Of a stretch of DNA of 64,000 nucleotides, positions 50,317 to 62,295 are shown one piece after another (positions within the stretch are counted from its first letter, which is position 1; the number at the start of each line of letters is the position of its first letter). This DNA is from Diadema antillarum. Its lineage: Eukaryota. The DNA lies in contig NW_027271528.1 of NCBI RefSeq assembly GCF_040938485.1, forward strand, positions 1,302,001 to 1,366,000, in the 5' to 3' direction. The position numbers and the translations under genes are program-made. The notes under the pieces were generated by a model. That model did not search any database, was not told where the DNA came from, and saw nothing but the letters and a program-made list of their open reading frames with translations.

Positions 50317-53300
50317 TAAAAAAGAAAGACATGATAGAGGGAGAGAAAGAGGGGGAGATAGAGATGGAGAGAGAGAGAGAGAAAGAAGGTGTGAGAGAAG
50401 ACAGACAGAGTCAGACTGGTAATGCGTGATAAGCTTTGCCAAGAGCCGGCCGAGCCGAGGGAAAATCCCAGACAGGTTTTCGACTAAATTCCCTACTTCC
50501 TCTCCGCCCTATCCCCTTCCTACACATCTCAGACGGGGAATCGCATCGAGTAGACATCATTCCCTGCCAATGCACGAAGAGCGAGGGGAAAGTTATTTAC
50601 GGCAAACATCCACTGACAGCCAGTATTGCAGCTGGCTCGTATATTTTCTCTTCAATGTTACATAACAAGCACCTTGCCAATATGAGTCTTCCAACACGGT
50701 ACATCCCCTCACTTGCAAATTTTGGCAATAGTATCATGAAAGCATTGAGATTCAACAATGTGCAGAGACCATTTTCTCGCCTTCCTGGAAGAAGGGCCCT
50801 AAATCTTGCACTTAAAAAGTCACTGAAAAAAAAATTATGGTTACATCATATGAAAGAGCTTTCAAAACTCTGTTGAATCATGTCATGAACCAAAATTTGA
50901 TTCTGGGATAGAAATTTCATGCTAGGGTCCTTCTGCTGGACAGGTAATGATTTATGTCATTCTGTACATGGAAATCTTTCATCAAGCCCTATTTGAAATT
51001 CACATGACAGTTTCTTATCATTCTGGGCATACTTTGGGCCATTCACATTTATCATACTCTGATAACTGCATTGACAAAGACCTCACCATAATATAGACAC
51101 ACTCAAACATCTGAAGCCGTAGTTTTGTATTGTTGGGGTAAATAGCTGAACCTGCCGACCACATTTTACTGACTGAGCCAAAAAGTCACTGGCACTGGAT
51201 TACTCTACCACCTGTCGATCAGTATGATGCAAGTGTATGCCACATCTAGAAAAATCCAAATATTTTCAGCCCAGGTGTACCGCAGATGCATTACATTCAT
51301 GTCACATGCTGTTGCCTGAAGATATTCGGGTAACGATGTTGGGAGGCTGTTCGTCCCATGGTTTAAGGAAGGATGATTGAAACAATGGCGGCAGATTTAG
51401 CAGCGGAATTTGCGGTTTCATAAACCTATCTACGGAACAAGGGGTATCATTTTTAGCTGCTTTTTGTATGACATTTGGTGTCACTTGCCGTACGGACAAG
51501 AAGGACCACAAAGGGAAGAGAGAGGAAGCAGAGACAAAGCTCAGACACAATGTAAGCTAATCCTAGCAAAAATCTGACCCTATTCACACTTGCAAAATAC
51601 GAACATTCTGTGCAGGAATTCTCAAGACTGACGCAATGGTACATCTCATTTATAGACATACCATTGGCATTTGATCTCAAAAATTACTTTAACAATGTGA
51701 ACAGCATCACTTAGTATAATATATACAGTGTACCACTATACTGTGACCTACGGCTTTTAAAGTAGTCTCGAGATTTATTATAAGAGAGCAGATTGAGTTA
51801 GGTATGGTCCACATGAGTGGTCCAGTACGAGAATGCCCAAGGGTGTGGTGATGTCCCAGTTCATACAGAAAGCCTAGCATGAGTGCAATCCTGAAAAAGA
51901 ATTGTCTTATGTTGCAAGTGTGAGTGGGGCTCACCTCGAGGTTGTGGCTTGCCCGGGCACATAATATTGCACATGCATGCTTTCCACTGGACAGCAGGTG
52001 CCGCTATCACTGACAACAGGATGTGAGGCTAAATGTTACCCAAACCGCCTCCAGGGGCCAGCGGAGACATCCCCAGAGGGGGGAGACTACCAGGGTCCAA
52101 TTCCTTAAACACCTGTCTGACATGGTGGCTGTATGTGACCCCTCTCATTAAGGTATTAACCCTTCCTCTCTCATGCTCCAGGGATTATTTGTCATGGCTG
52201 ATCTCCACGGACAAAAATAGCAAATGAGCTTTATCATTCTCCTACAAGTGTGAATAATATGACCAACAATGTGACGTGTCAAACAAACCATGATAGAAGT
52301 ATGTCCTTGCTTTCTTTTAGGATTCGTGCTTATCAGCATATTTCACACATATATCTTTTAACAACAATCACATATAGAAATCCAAAGATGCACTGATGCC
52401 TGTTGCACATTTAATATCAATGGCTTATGACTCTGATGGAGACATGAACACACATTGCTCAACAGCAATCAAGGACAAGTTATGTATACAAACAGTCTTT
52501 TGTATTAAAAGTTGCAAGATGACATGCACGTGGAACATTTGCAGCTTTAAAAAAATAAATGTTTTGTTTATTGCACTAATCCACAACAAAAAGAAAAGCA
52601 CCTTAAACAGTGTTCACATCTGTGGAAATGTCATCATAATTTTGTAAGAAGTTATTTCAGCAGTTGGAACCTTTCAGGCTTCATCATGGCAAAGATGCAT
52701 TTGTGTTCTACACATCTGCACCTGTACAACCATCATGGCTTTAATACAAGTGAGTATTCAATGTACACACGTGAATCCACACCTACTGGTATGCTAAATA
52801 TAAAGCTTACAAATACATTCCCATGAATAAAACTCACATTTTTTATTCCAATTTCTGCCAAGTTTTGACAGATTTCAATTTCACTATCAACATTTTTCAG
52901 ATTATGCATGTTTGGTGAGGAGAACAGACAGAATTCTTCTACGTTACTGAGACTCTGAACCTATACCAGACAGCAGATGTTCCATATTGGAATAAAATGC
53001 TTACCTCCTAAAATATATCTGACAGTGACTCATAAGAAGGGACATATATTTTACATCTCACCAACCTACAGAATATACATCACCAGCTAAAATCCCATTA
53101 AGCATTACCAAAAACATTTTGTGGCAAATATCAAAGGCACCGATTAGTATGGTAATGTAAAAAGTTTTAAAAGAAAATATTCCTTCACATCAATTGGGAC
53201 ATCAACTGATAACCCAGTGGGTGATGGTAAATTTGGGAAAGTGATAACACTTAAAAATGATATTCTCATAAAAAAGGGAAAACATGATTAAGATGAGTAG

Positions 53301-53733
53301 TTCATATGATAAGTCATACTCTTTATGAGAAAAGATCACTTTTTACATTAAAGCTTCAGAACGATCACAGTTGATTCTGTTATATTCTCAGTTTTTTTTC
53401 TTTTAAAGAGTATGCAAATTGTTAGGGAAGCAGATCAACTGCTTTCCCTCCCCCTCGAAAAATAATTTAAGGGCAGTATTTTTTTTTTTTTAATGATCAC
53501 CTGTTGGTGTCAGGCACATTAAGATGATTCCTTGAATAATGATAGGACATCTCTTTAACAATCATCCAATATCTGAAATGCAGCTTTATGAAAACACAAA
53601 AAGACACATGAAAAAAAAAATAATATGAATAAGACTGGATATGAATTAGAAGTTGCCATAAATTGCCAAAAAAGAACGAAGTATATGGAGAAAGAATATG
53701 AAATACATTCTGGCAGCGATGTTAAACTCAGGT

Positions 53734-53835
53734 TTACATCAGGCCGTCTGTTTTGTGCCGGTTGCGTGGGTTCATTTCCATAAAGACGAGGTCGTGGCCC
53801 CGCCCCCCTGAGAGATTGTCAGGGGTGCTGCCTGG
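53734..53835 (-). CDS. PLPP1: PLPP-like terminal coding exon (predicted)
   Basis: Acceptor ctcttccag, phase 0; PGSTPDNLSGGRGHDLVFMEMNPRNRHKTDGLM*; GC-rich island followed by long UTR-like sequence. Confidence 0.55.
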   Translation of the reverse strand, partial: PGSTPDNLSGGRGHDLVFMEMNPRNRHKTDGLM

Positions 53836-54465
53836 CTGGAAGAGATCTGAGACTCCAAATGCCTGGGGTGGGGTGGGGCAGGGGGCACGGAGAGAGGGAG
53901 GTGGTGGGGGAGGAGGGTTGTTGGTGGGATGGATGAAAGTAACAAGTGTTAGGGGGAGAGGAGGAATGGTAGAGGGAGAAGGGTTTGGATAGAGGGAGGT
54001 TGCAATGGAGAAAGGGTGGGGCCATGTGGGTCAGGCAGAGAAGTATGAGATGGGTCGGTTGAGGATTACAGGTGGGGCAAGTTGGGGTGGAGCAGAGAGA
54101 GAGGGGGACAGAATTGGGGGATAGTTAAATGGATGGAGGATGAGTGGGATACAGGGAGGAAGAGTATGATGGAATTGAATGGATAAAGGATTGGGGAGGG
54201 GGTTAGGTGCGATAGGGTAAAATTGGAAGAGGGTATTAAAAATAGAACGATGGGTGGGGTGAGGAGAGTATTAGAGTGAAGAATAGGTGGTAGAATGCAC
54301 AGGAGAATGGGGTGCAGTAATTTTAGTGAGGGTGGGGTTGGTTTTGATAATACATAGGTAAGCAGAGTGTAGATAGGTAGGGAGAGATTGGAGTGCATGA
54401 GAAAGCGGGGGGAGGGGGTAAAGAAAAAGAAATAGATCAAATTTAGACTTTATATAAATGCTTAC

Positions 54466-54538
54466 ATTCATACTGACAAATGCATCCATGCGAGTATTAC
54501 TATCAAAGCTGTGTGAAGTCTTGCTGGTATTGAGGTAA
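54466..54538 (-). CDS. PLPP1: PLPP-like penultimate exon (predicted)
   Basis: Acceptor tctttcttag, donor AAT|GTAAGC; 73 nt, phase 2 to 0; (C)YLNTSKTSHSFDSNTRMDAFVSMN puts Tyr in the register of the family xxYVSD motif. Confidence 0.6.
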
Positions 54539-57500
54539 CTAAGAAAGATTTCATTTCATAAGCACATTTCATAAGCTTTCATTTATAATCTCTGAATATA
54601 TTCATACCGGTACTCTAGAAAAATTGTGCTCTTATGTTTCTTACATCAAGATAATGCATATGAAGGCATACCAATGCAATGAGAAAAATTTAACATGTTC
54701 ATTATGCAATTGTAAGTACTCAATAACTTGGTTCTTCAGGCTGATTCATGAAACTAGTAAGCTGAATGAAATTAACAGAGAAGAAATAAAGTGATGACAT
54801 GGACAGTGGATAGAAGATAAAGAACAGTAAAGTGACAAATAAGGGAAGAGGAGATCCTTTAAATGTGCTTAGCAGAAAGGAAGACGTGGTAATGGAATAG
54901 AGAGTATGCTATAGATGCTGTATACTTTGTATTTCTGTGAGTTTTTTTATTAAAAAAAATAATTTAACAAACCAACAAAATACTGCCCTCTTGTTGCATA
55001 AGTACTATCAGAGTATGCAAGCAATGTACATGAAATATGGGCAGGCAGCAGTTGCACTAAGACGCTCAGACTACTACATGTATGTGCACATGCATGCCTA
55101 CATGCTGAGCGCACGTGAGCAGCACGATATTTACAATCATGTTCTTGAATTCAGTCAACTGCGAAATAGTCTTTTACTTCCCGATTTCTGGAATCTTATA
55201 ATTTTATGCCCACAAATATTTGGCATCTATAGCATATGATGGGTAAAAACAAATCAATACGAAGTTGATGGGAAGCTGCTACAGTCAGCAATCTAACAAG
55301 TATTTTCTAACCTTTTTTTTTTACATATCAATGGTTTGAGAGGCAAAAGGTATTGACAGCATAAAGTACACTGACTAACTGCCTTTCTGATACTTGTAGT
55401 TGGTGTGTGATGTACAGAAGAGAAGATGGAATGAGGTAAGTTAAATGAAATAGAGTTGAACAGGATACACGCTAAAAACTTGTGAGCATGCTGAAAATAG
55501 ATTTTGATGACAACGAGAAGTTTCCTAACTTTCTCAAGGATATACTCTCTTTTTTTCTTCCATAAAACACCCCTCAAAAGATCCCCCCCCCACCACCACC
55601 ATCCAAACGAACTAGTTAAACTTATCCAGACTGTCAATGGGTCTTAACCCTAGGAGCTTCCCAAGGACACACCCCTGGTAGATGACAGACTCGTAGGAGG
55701 GAATTTTGGCACCCTTCCTGAGGACACGCCCAGATATATTAACCCATCATCTACCACGCCTCAAGCATCTATGGTATAAGGCATCCAAGAGTTTCTGTTT
55801 CAGCAAACATACACGTCAATGGGTATTTCAAGCATATATTCCACAGGATATCCAAGTCCTACCCAAAGGAGTATAAAATAGAGCATTGCCTTAGAACAAT
55901 ATTGCTACCAGATTTGCTGTTTTCATTTTTTTTAAATACGTTTTATTATGCAGTTAAAAGCTCCCTACTTCTGTGACATGTACCCATTTGGTGCTTCATA
56001 TTTCAGAACTTAGATCTACAGCCACAAATTGATATCAAAATGTATACAAATATAACCAATCTAAGTGACTGATGCTAGTTACACTAATTCTTGTGTCTGA
56101 ATAAAAGTAAATAAGCATGGAATGCACAATTAATTGTTGCTGCATTAGCAATGAGCTGGCAATCAGTAACTTTTGTGAGATGCCATAGGTTAACTATGAC
56201 AGAGAACTGTGGTCAAAACTATCAACAAACTTTTGATTGCTGAAATAGCTGTACAGTGAACGCCGATTATTCAACTGCACCATTAACTTCAAACTGTAAA
56301 CCCACCCACTTATGGCAAACAGAACCTTCATCTCATAAACAAATGCACCCTACAGGAAATAATTTGTCAATGCCTTGCTGCGGATTTTATTTGTCCTCAA
56401 AGGAACAGCTTATGGATGACAATTTGATGGCAGAATTGCAGCGATATACACAGGACAATATTGAGGCCTGAATGAAAGAAAGAAGAAATGCAGTATTTCA
56501 CAAGTTTACAAACTATTGGCAAGCTGACCATTTTGACATATTATTCAAATATATATGTTTTCATTTAATTTTGGTTAGGGTGGCATTTTCATTGTAACCC
56601 CCTGTGAATGGATCCTAATACTTTGAGTGCTTTGTGTGCGTGATGACCCAAATAACTTTGGGCATGGCAAATATATTTTCACCCTCACAGTAAACAATGT
56701 CCCTGAATCAAAATAGGTTATTTCCGCACGGGTAGTTTTTGGCAGCATACAAACAAATCTTGACTCCACCTTGTTAATGCAATTTCAACATATCAAATCA
56801 AAAGATTTTGTATATTATATACCAAAATTATACCAAGGCTTCGTATGCAACTGACAGGAAAGAGGGGTAAAAGATGATGATGAGGAAGATCATGATATAA
56901 AGGCCAAGGCATTTGAATAACTACACATATTTTTAATACAGATTTTATGAACATTATATGAGATTTACACAGTCAAAAAGAAAAAAAAAAGAGAAGAAGA
57001 TAAAGAGAAAAAAGAAAACAATTTTGGTTCTTATTAAGACAACTAGATGACATGCAATACAGAAGTTAAACAAATCTCAGAGTAAAGCATTAGTATGTGT
57101 GAAATCATCTACTGCTATATCTTGGTTAGGTTTATCAAGCATGGATGCAGAACCTTGTATAATGTAACACAGACAAATATTATATGCATCTGCAGCTAAG
57201 CACTCATTTTGTACCATAATTTACACGAGCAAGTCATATGTCACTGTTAGTTCATGATCATTGCATACGAATAAAAAGAGAGAGAAAAAAAATCATCAAC
57301 CAAGGAGTAGAAGGAATGGCAAAATTGATGTGGTATATCACTACTAATTAATAGCGCTATGTATATTCTGGATATTCATCAGTGTCAATATGAGACAGCA
57401 GACAAGCAAACATGGTGGTGGTGGACAAAATGACACCCAATCAGCTTTGTTCATCATAATGTGCAAATATAGATACTGCTTTGCATTTTGAAGAGCTCTC

Positions 57501-57772
57501 AAAATCTGATTGTACATGGAACCTACTCCCTCCAAATCTCCACCATCCCAGCCACACCCATACCCCCCCCCCCCCCCCCCCCCCCCGCCCTGTTGGCACA
57601 TCCAATATACAAAGGGAACGCCATCATTAAGGATTATTCCTCCAGAGAAATGAAGATAAGGGTGTGAGTTTAGATGTATATGCTAGACCCACTCACTTCA
57701 AAGTCAGACCTGGGATAGCATCTGTCAACAACTACTACGCATCATCCGGACAGCTCCATCACTTCATCCCCT

Positions 57773-57786
57773 GTTGCCATGGCAAT
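57773..57786. promoter_or_regulatory. RFX X-box-like palindrome in PLPP intron
   Basis: GTTGCCATGGCAAT, 13/14 match to GTTGCCATGGCAAC. Confidence 0.45.
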
Positions 57787-57875
57787 GAAGCGCCAGCTGA
57801 TCAAAGATAATGGATGTGACCCTGTGATGTGACCAAATCTCCTGCATTTGGCATATCAGGAGGAATTTTCAGGGC

Positions 57876-57914
<39 letters not shown>

Positions 57915-59617
57915 AGTGGTTCTTTCTATCTTTTTTGCTGCCCTAGAAATGATTTCCATGAAGACACTGTAGTCTAATCAGACACTGCTGAGTCATCTTG
58001 TATCTCTAGATCTTTAGACGATGCTGCAAATTTGTCTGGCACGTCTCACAGCAGCTCAGGCTGTTTGCTAAACTTTTGAGGGGAAAAAAGACTAATTGAG
58101 CATTTGTGAATCCATGTTTCGCTTTTTAAGTCTCTTTCATATGAGCAATATTTTGCTTTCTAAGTCTCTTTCATTAGTAGATTTGTTCTCAAAATTGAGA
58201 AAAATATAATTCTTCACCTACTTAGTAGATATGATACTTAACAGTTTTAATGACCATTATTTTTGGTGCAATCAAAATGGTTCTGAGAGTATTTCTGATA
58301 TTTCAGTTGAGTATTGAGAAGGCAAATCATTCTAAGGTGAATGTGATTAGTTTCAAATAAAAGGGCAGTTTGTTACCATTGATGTATAGAAGATACAATT
58401 TGTAACAACTTGCTCTTGCTCTAGATTTTCCATTCAGATTGTTAAAAGGTGAACAAATCCTGAACTAGATGTATCTGATCTTCAAAAAAAAAAAGTTTTG
58501 TCACTGTCCATAATAAAGAAGGACAATGGATGTAATTTGTAATAAATGAAAATGTCTGAAAACATGTTGATTTGTTGTTTTTTTGTTTTGTTTTTGGTCA
58601 TATATTTCATTTTCAATCACTAACTGGTGAACAAAATAAAGGTGGAAACACAAAAGAATTTAATAGTAGTGGAACCTAGGTACATAACATACATGCTAGG
58701 GTAAAGCAACAGAAAAAGGGATATTTTATGTATTGTACGACCAGCATGCCAGCACAGAATTTTGTAACAAAAATCCAGGTAGTGGTGATTAAAAGAAAGT
58801 AGTAAAACTGATATTTCATTCCTTTTATTAGGTGAGACTTTCTCCTATATTTTCTTGTGAATCATTTCATGCAAGAAATCATGCTAGACATTCCATAACT
58901 AAAATGGAAGATATGTGAACAAAAACCCATCAAATGACAATTAGAACAAGAATTTGTTTCACAGGTCCTATGGGGGAAAACTTCAGAGATTGAGAACCAA
59001 AGAAGTCACAAACGCAAACTATCAAGATTTTAAAGTTTGCATTGAAAAGAAAATGGACACAAATTCCTTCATTCCTCCCCCATGCAATTTGATATTTTAT
59101 TGCTGTCATGATGACAATGTTTCTTGTCATCCCCTTGCATGTGTTGCTTACAAATTGTGCAGCAATGTATCATTTTTTCCTGTAATGTGTGTTGGAGTTT
59201 GAATGTTCCATTCTGTTACTTTGTTTATTTGTTTAAGTAAGTACATCATTTTTGGCAAACATCATAATAGGTGAATTTGTCCAGAGACTGAAAAGTTTAC
59301 AGCAGTTTGCCTTAGTCTGTGTCATTTTGTCCCCCAACAAACAATGTTGCTTGGTGTTTTCTCTGTAAACAGAGAATTTGTATTTAATTGCACACAACAA
59401 CATCCTGAAAACCAAATGGGCATTTTCTTGTGTGGTAAATTTTAGATTGTGCATTCCACTTTGAATTCCGAAATGAGTTCCAATCAATGAAACATCAAAA
59501 AAAAAAAAAAAAAAAAACAAGAAAAGAGACCAATTAAAGTCACTTTCAATATTGCAGCATTCCTTCAAAATTAAAAAATAAATCTCCCTGGTGATTCTTT
59601 TTTTTCCTCTTTCTCAC

Positions 59618-59799
59618 CATACCATCGCCGCGGCAACACTGCCACCCATCACGGCTCCGCCGAAGACATCACTCCAGTGGTGCTTGTAGTCCGAGATGCG
59701 GCTGAGGCAGGTGTAGAGGGCGAGGTACAGAGCAATGACCTGGACCAGTGGGCGGAGGAAGACGGTGTCACGCCAACTCCAGCGGCTCTGCATGTACAG
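59618..59799 (-). CDS. PLPP1: lipid phosphate phosphatase (PLPP1-3/wunen-like, PAP2) exon with the C3 catalytic motif; model join(...,59799..59618,54538..54466,53835..53734)
   Basis: LYMQSRWSWRDTVFLRPLVQVIALYLALYTCLSRISDYKHHWSDVFGGAVMGGSVAAAM has the SR..DYKHHWSDV signature. Two tandem donors (59622 and 59617). The paralog cannot be resolved. Confidence 0.92.
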
Positions 59800-61159
59800 C
59801 TTTTTTTTTTTAAAGGAAGGTTTACAGGAGAGAAAGGCAGAACATGTATTACACCAGCTGATGATAATACCACATTTATTGAAGTGAGAAAGTCATAATT
59901 GCATACAAAACAATCAAGATGTTGTGAACTCCAAATACTTTCTTGAAAGTCAACTACTGTATTATATGCACAACATATATTTTGCATTTTTAAAACTATT
60001 TTTGTGAATTTCAAGGATTGGAAGCTCTTCGTGAGTTTAACAACATGTGAAAATATCAACTCTGAGCTAGACGCAAATACTATGTGCATACATGGATCTG
60101 TGTTGTAGCTCCATGGTGCATACATACACTTTTCCGTTCACTACTGTACTCCAAGATCACAACTTTAACCTCAGGAAATCCTGATTGGCAAAAAGAAAAC
60201 AGACTCTCTAAATATATGGTGCATGCAGCATTACAATAGTAATCAAGTCATTCCATTATGTACAGTATTTTATGAATATTCCATGTATAATCCTTAATGA
60301 AAAGGTTTGATTTTTATTGCATGGCATTTCAAATTCTTCTTATCCCATACACATATATTGTCATCTTGTCATTCATGTTTAGTTTAAGTTTTCCTCTCTT
60401 AGGTCCGCTCATCTTCAGTTCTTGACATGGAAATTGATAAGATGAAGTGGAGATACATAAGATTCAATTGATTAATTACTTAATCAATTACTATATCTAC
60501 CATATATTTTGAAAGTAGAATATTTTGTGAATTGGGACTTGTATTCACAACTTAATGAGTGACTGAATTTGACATCATGAAAAAGGAGAGAAAGAAAAAA
60601 AAATCAGGACAAAAGGTAAGAGGGTTTTATGCTCGCTGCTAAAAAAAAAGAGGAAAAAATTGGAAAAAAAAAGTACCTTTTTACCGAAAATTGATATTTT
60701 CAGTATATGGAAGTTTAGGGCAAGTATTCCATGTTAAAAGCTATTCAACTATTTTGAAAACATGTTTAATATTTAAACACTTTGTTTGTAATTCAAAAAT
60801 TTGGTTCTAAAGCCACATATTTTAATGGTTATATGTGATCACCAACACACATTCACAATTTCACAGACTTCGTTCTTAGCAAAGTCTTATGGCCCACCCC
60901 TCTTGCTGGTATACATAACCTTCCAATCTAATAACTTGTGTGACATGGCAGTTTGTTATCAAGTAAAGATCAGAGAGAAAGCTTTGATATTCAGGAGTAC
61001 TGATTACACTTTAACCATGACTCATTTCCACAAAGTGAAGTGCAATGGTGACAGAGATCTTTGTCCTTGAGAGAATGGTGTTCGACCTCTATCAATCGAG
61101 CCAGTAAAATTTTGTAGGTCAGCATTTATACAAATGGTTTCACAATTCAATGGCCACCA

Positions 61160-61345
61160 CAGTGCACTCCCATTACAACGAATACAGTTATACCGAAATT
61201 CCGGTAACAACGAGGTAAAAATTCAGGCTGCAACATTATCCACCCTATGCATTTCTATTGTTCAGTTATTCGGTTATAACGAAATTGCGATATAACGAAA
61301 GAAAACTGCCAGTCCCAAGGACTTCGTTCAAACAAGAGTCCACTG
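61160..61345. mobile_element. pogo/Tigger-type MITE
   Basis: cagtgcactcccattacaacgaa / ttcgttcaaacaagagtccactg followed by TA; internal ataacga subrepeats. Confidence 0.7.
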
Positions 61346-62295
61346 TATTCACTCAGTGCATTGTTGCACATATCTGAACAAATAAAGTGTACAAGATACA
61401 CACTGGTCAACCATATGCTCCAAATGCCCTGTGTTCAAAGAATGTGAGACCATACCATGAGAGCTTTGAGGTGGTCCATTTTCATGGTTCCTACACTCAA
61501 TAATTTAATGGCTGTGATTTATCCATGTATGCAAGCTGACGGAAATATAGAAATATGAGACTACATTCCCAGTAGTCGCAAGATGCAGCCTTCAACATCA
61601 TTTTAGTGTGTACATCCATCTTTGCTTATGAAAAAAAAAAAGGATATACATCTCCTTTGTGCAAATCACTACTCCACAATGATACATCATGAGATCATGT
61701 CTGATTATTCTTGGCATAATCTAGAAATACATCAATGCTCTTTTTCACTACAATATCACAGAATATTTTCTACGCGAGGGATGCGATACTGTCTATAAGG
61801 CTGTCGTCATAAGAATACAGTTCTCCAGTGGAGAGGAGTGACTCTATTATTTAAGAGCTGCTTTGGAGGGAAGCCAAGTGCATAGCACCTTAAAAAACCC
61901 CAGTGGACTTTATACGTGACACAGGAGACACTGGGTAACCGACTGCCCAGGACACGGGAGGAGCTGATACCATTCCCGCTTCCTTGCTGCTCGGCAGATA
62001 CGGACCTGTATTGTTGTCCGTTGCCAGGCAACGCAGGGCAAACATCCTCCGAGGCTGTGGCTGCTAAACCACCCTGAGATTTTTCTGGAGCGCGTAGGAA
62101 AACAACAACTGTGATGACTTCACCAGAGTATCTCAATATGACGCACGCACATTAAGCGATCAACGCAGCAGATAAACTGGTGCTATACAGAGTGTATCAA
62201 AAAGAGGAAATAAAAATACAGGAACCAACATACATGGGGGTGTGGTGGTGATGCATGGGGGGGGGGGGAGAAGAAACACTAAAGAGACAAAACAA

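Noticed and set aside
49493-50442. Four long ORFs (181-279 aa) of YDRET, MIEKD, FLYHM or VSLSY repeats as proteins
   Set aside because: They are explained by a 15-bp unit lacking stops; there are no splice signals or unique coding flanks.
51989-52006. Second CTCF-like motif (cagcaggtgccgcta)
   Set aside because: Mismatch in the core GGC; the match is too weak alone.
57974-58072. Phase-0 exon candidate with an in-frame TGA (FSKQPELL*DVPDKF...), suggesting readthrough or selenocysteine
   Set aside because: No family similarity, no recognisable SECIS or readthrough context, and a better in-frame exon chain exists.
58930-59130. ORF containing VCVCDFFG, resembling the PLPP VYVSDFFK motif
   Set aside because: The only acceptor AG gives phase 1, which matches neither donor.
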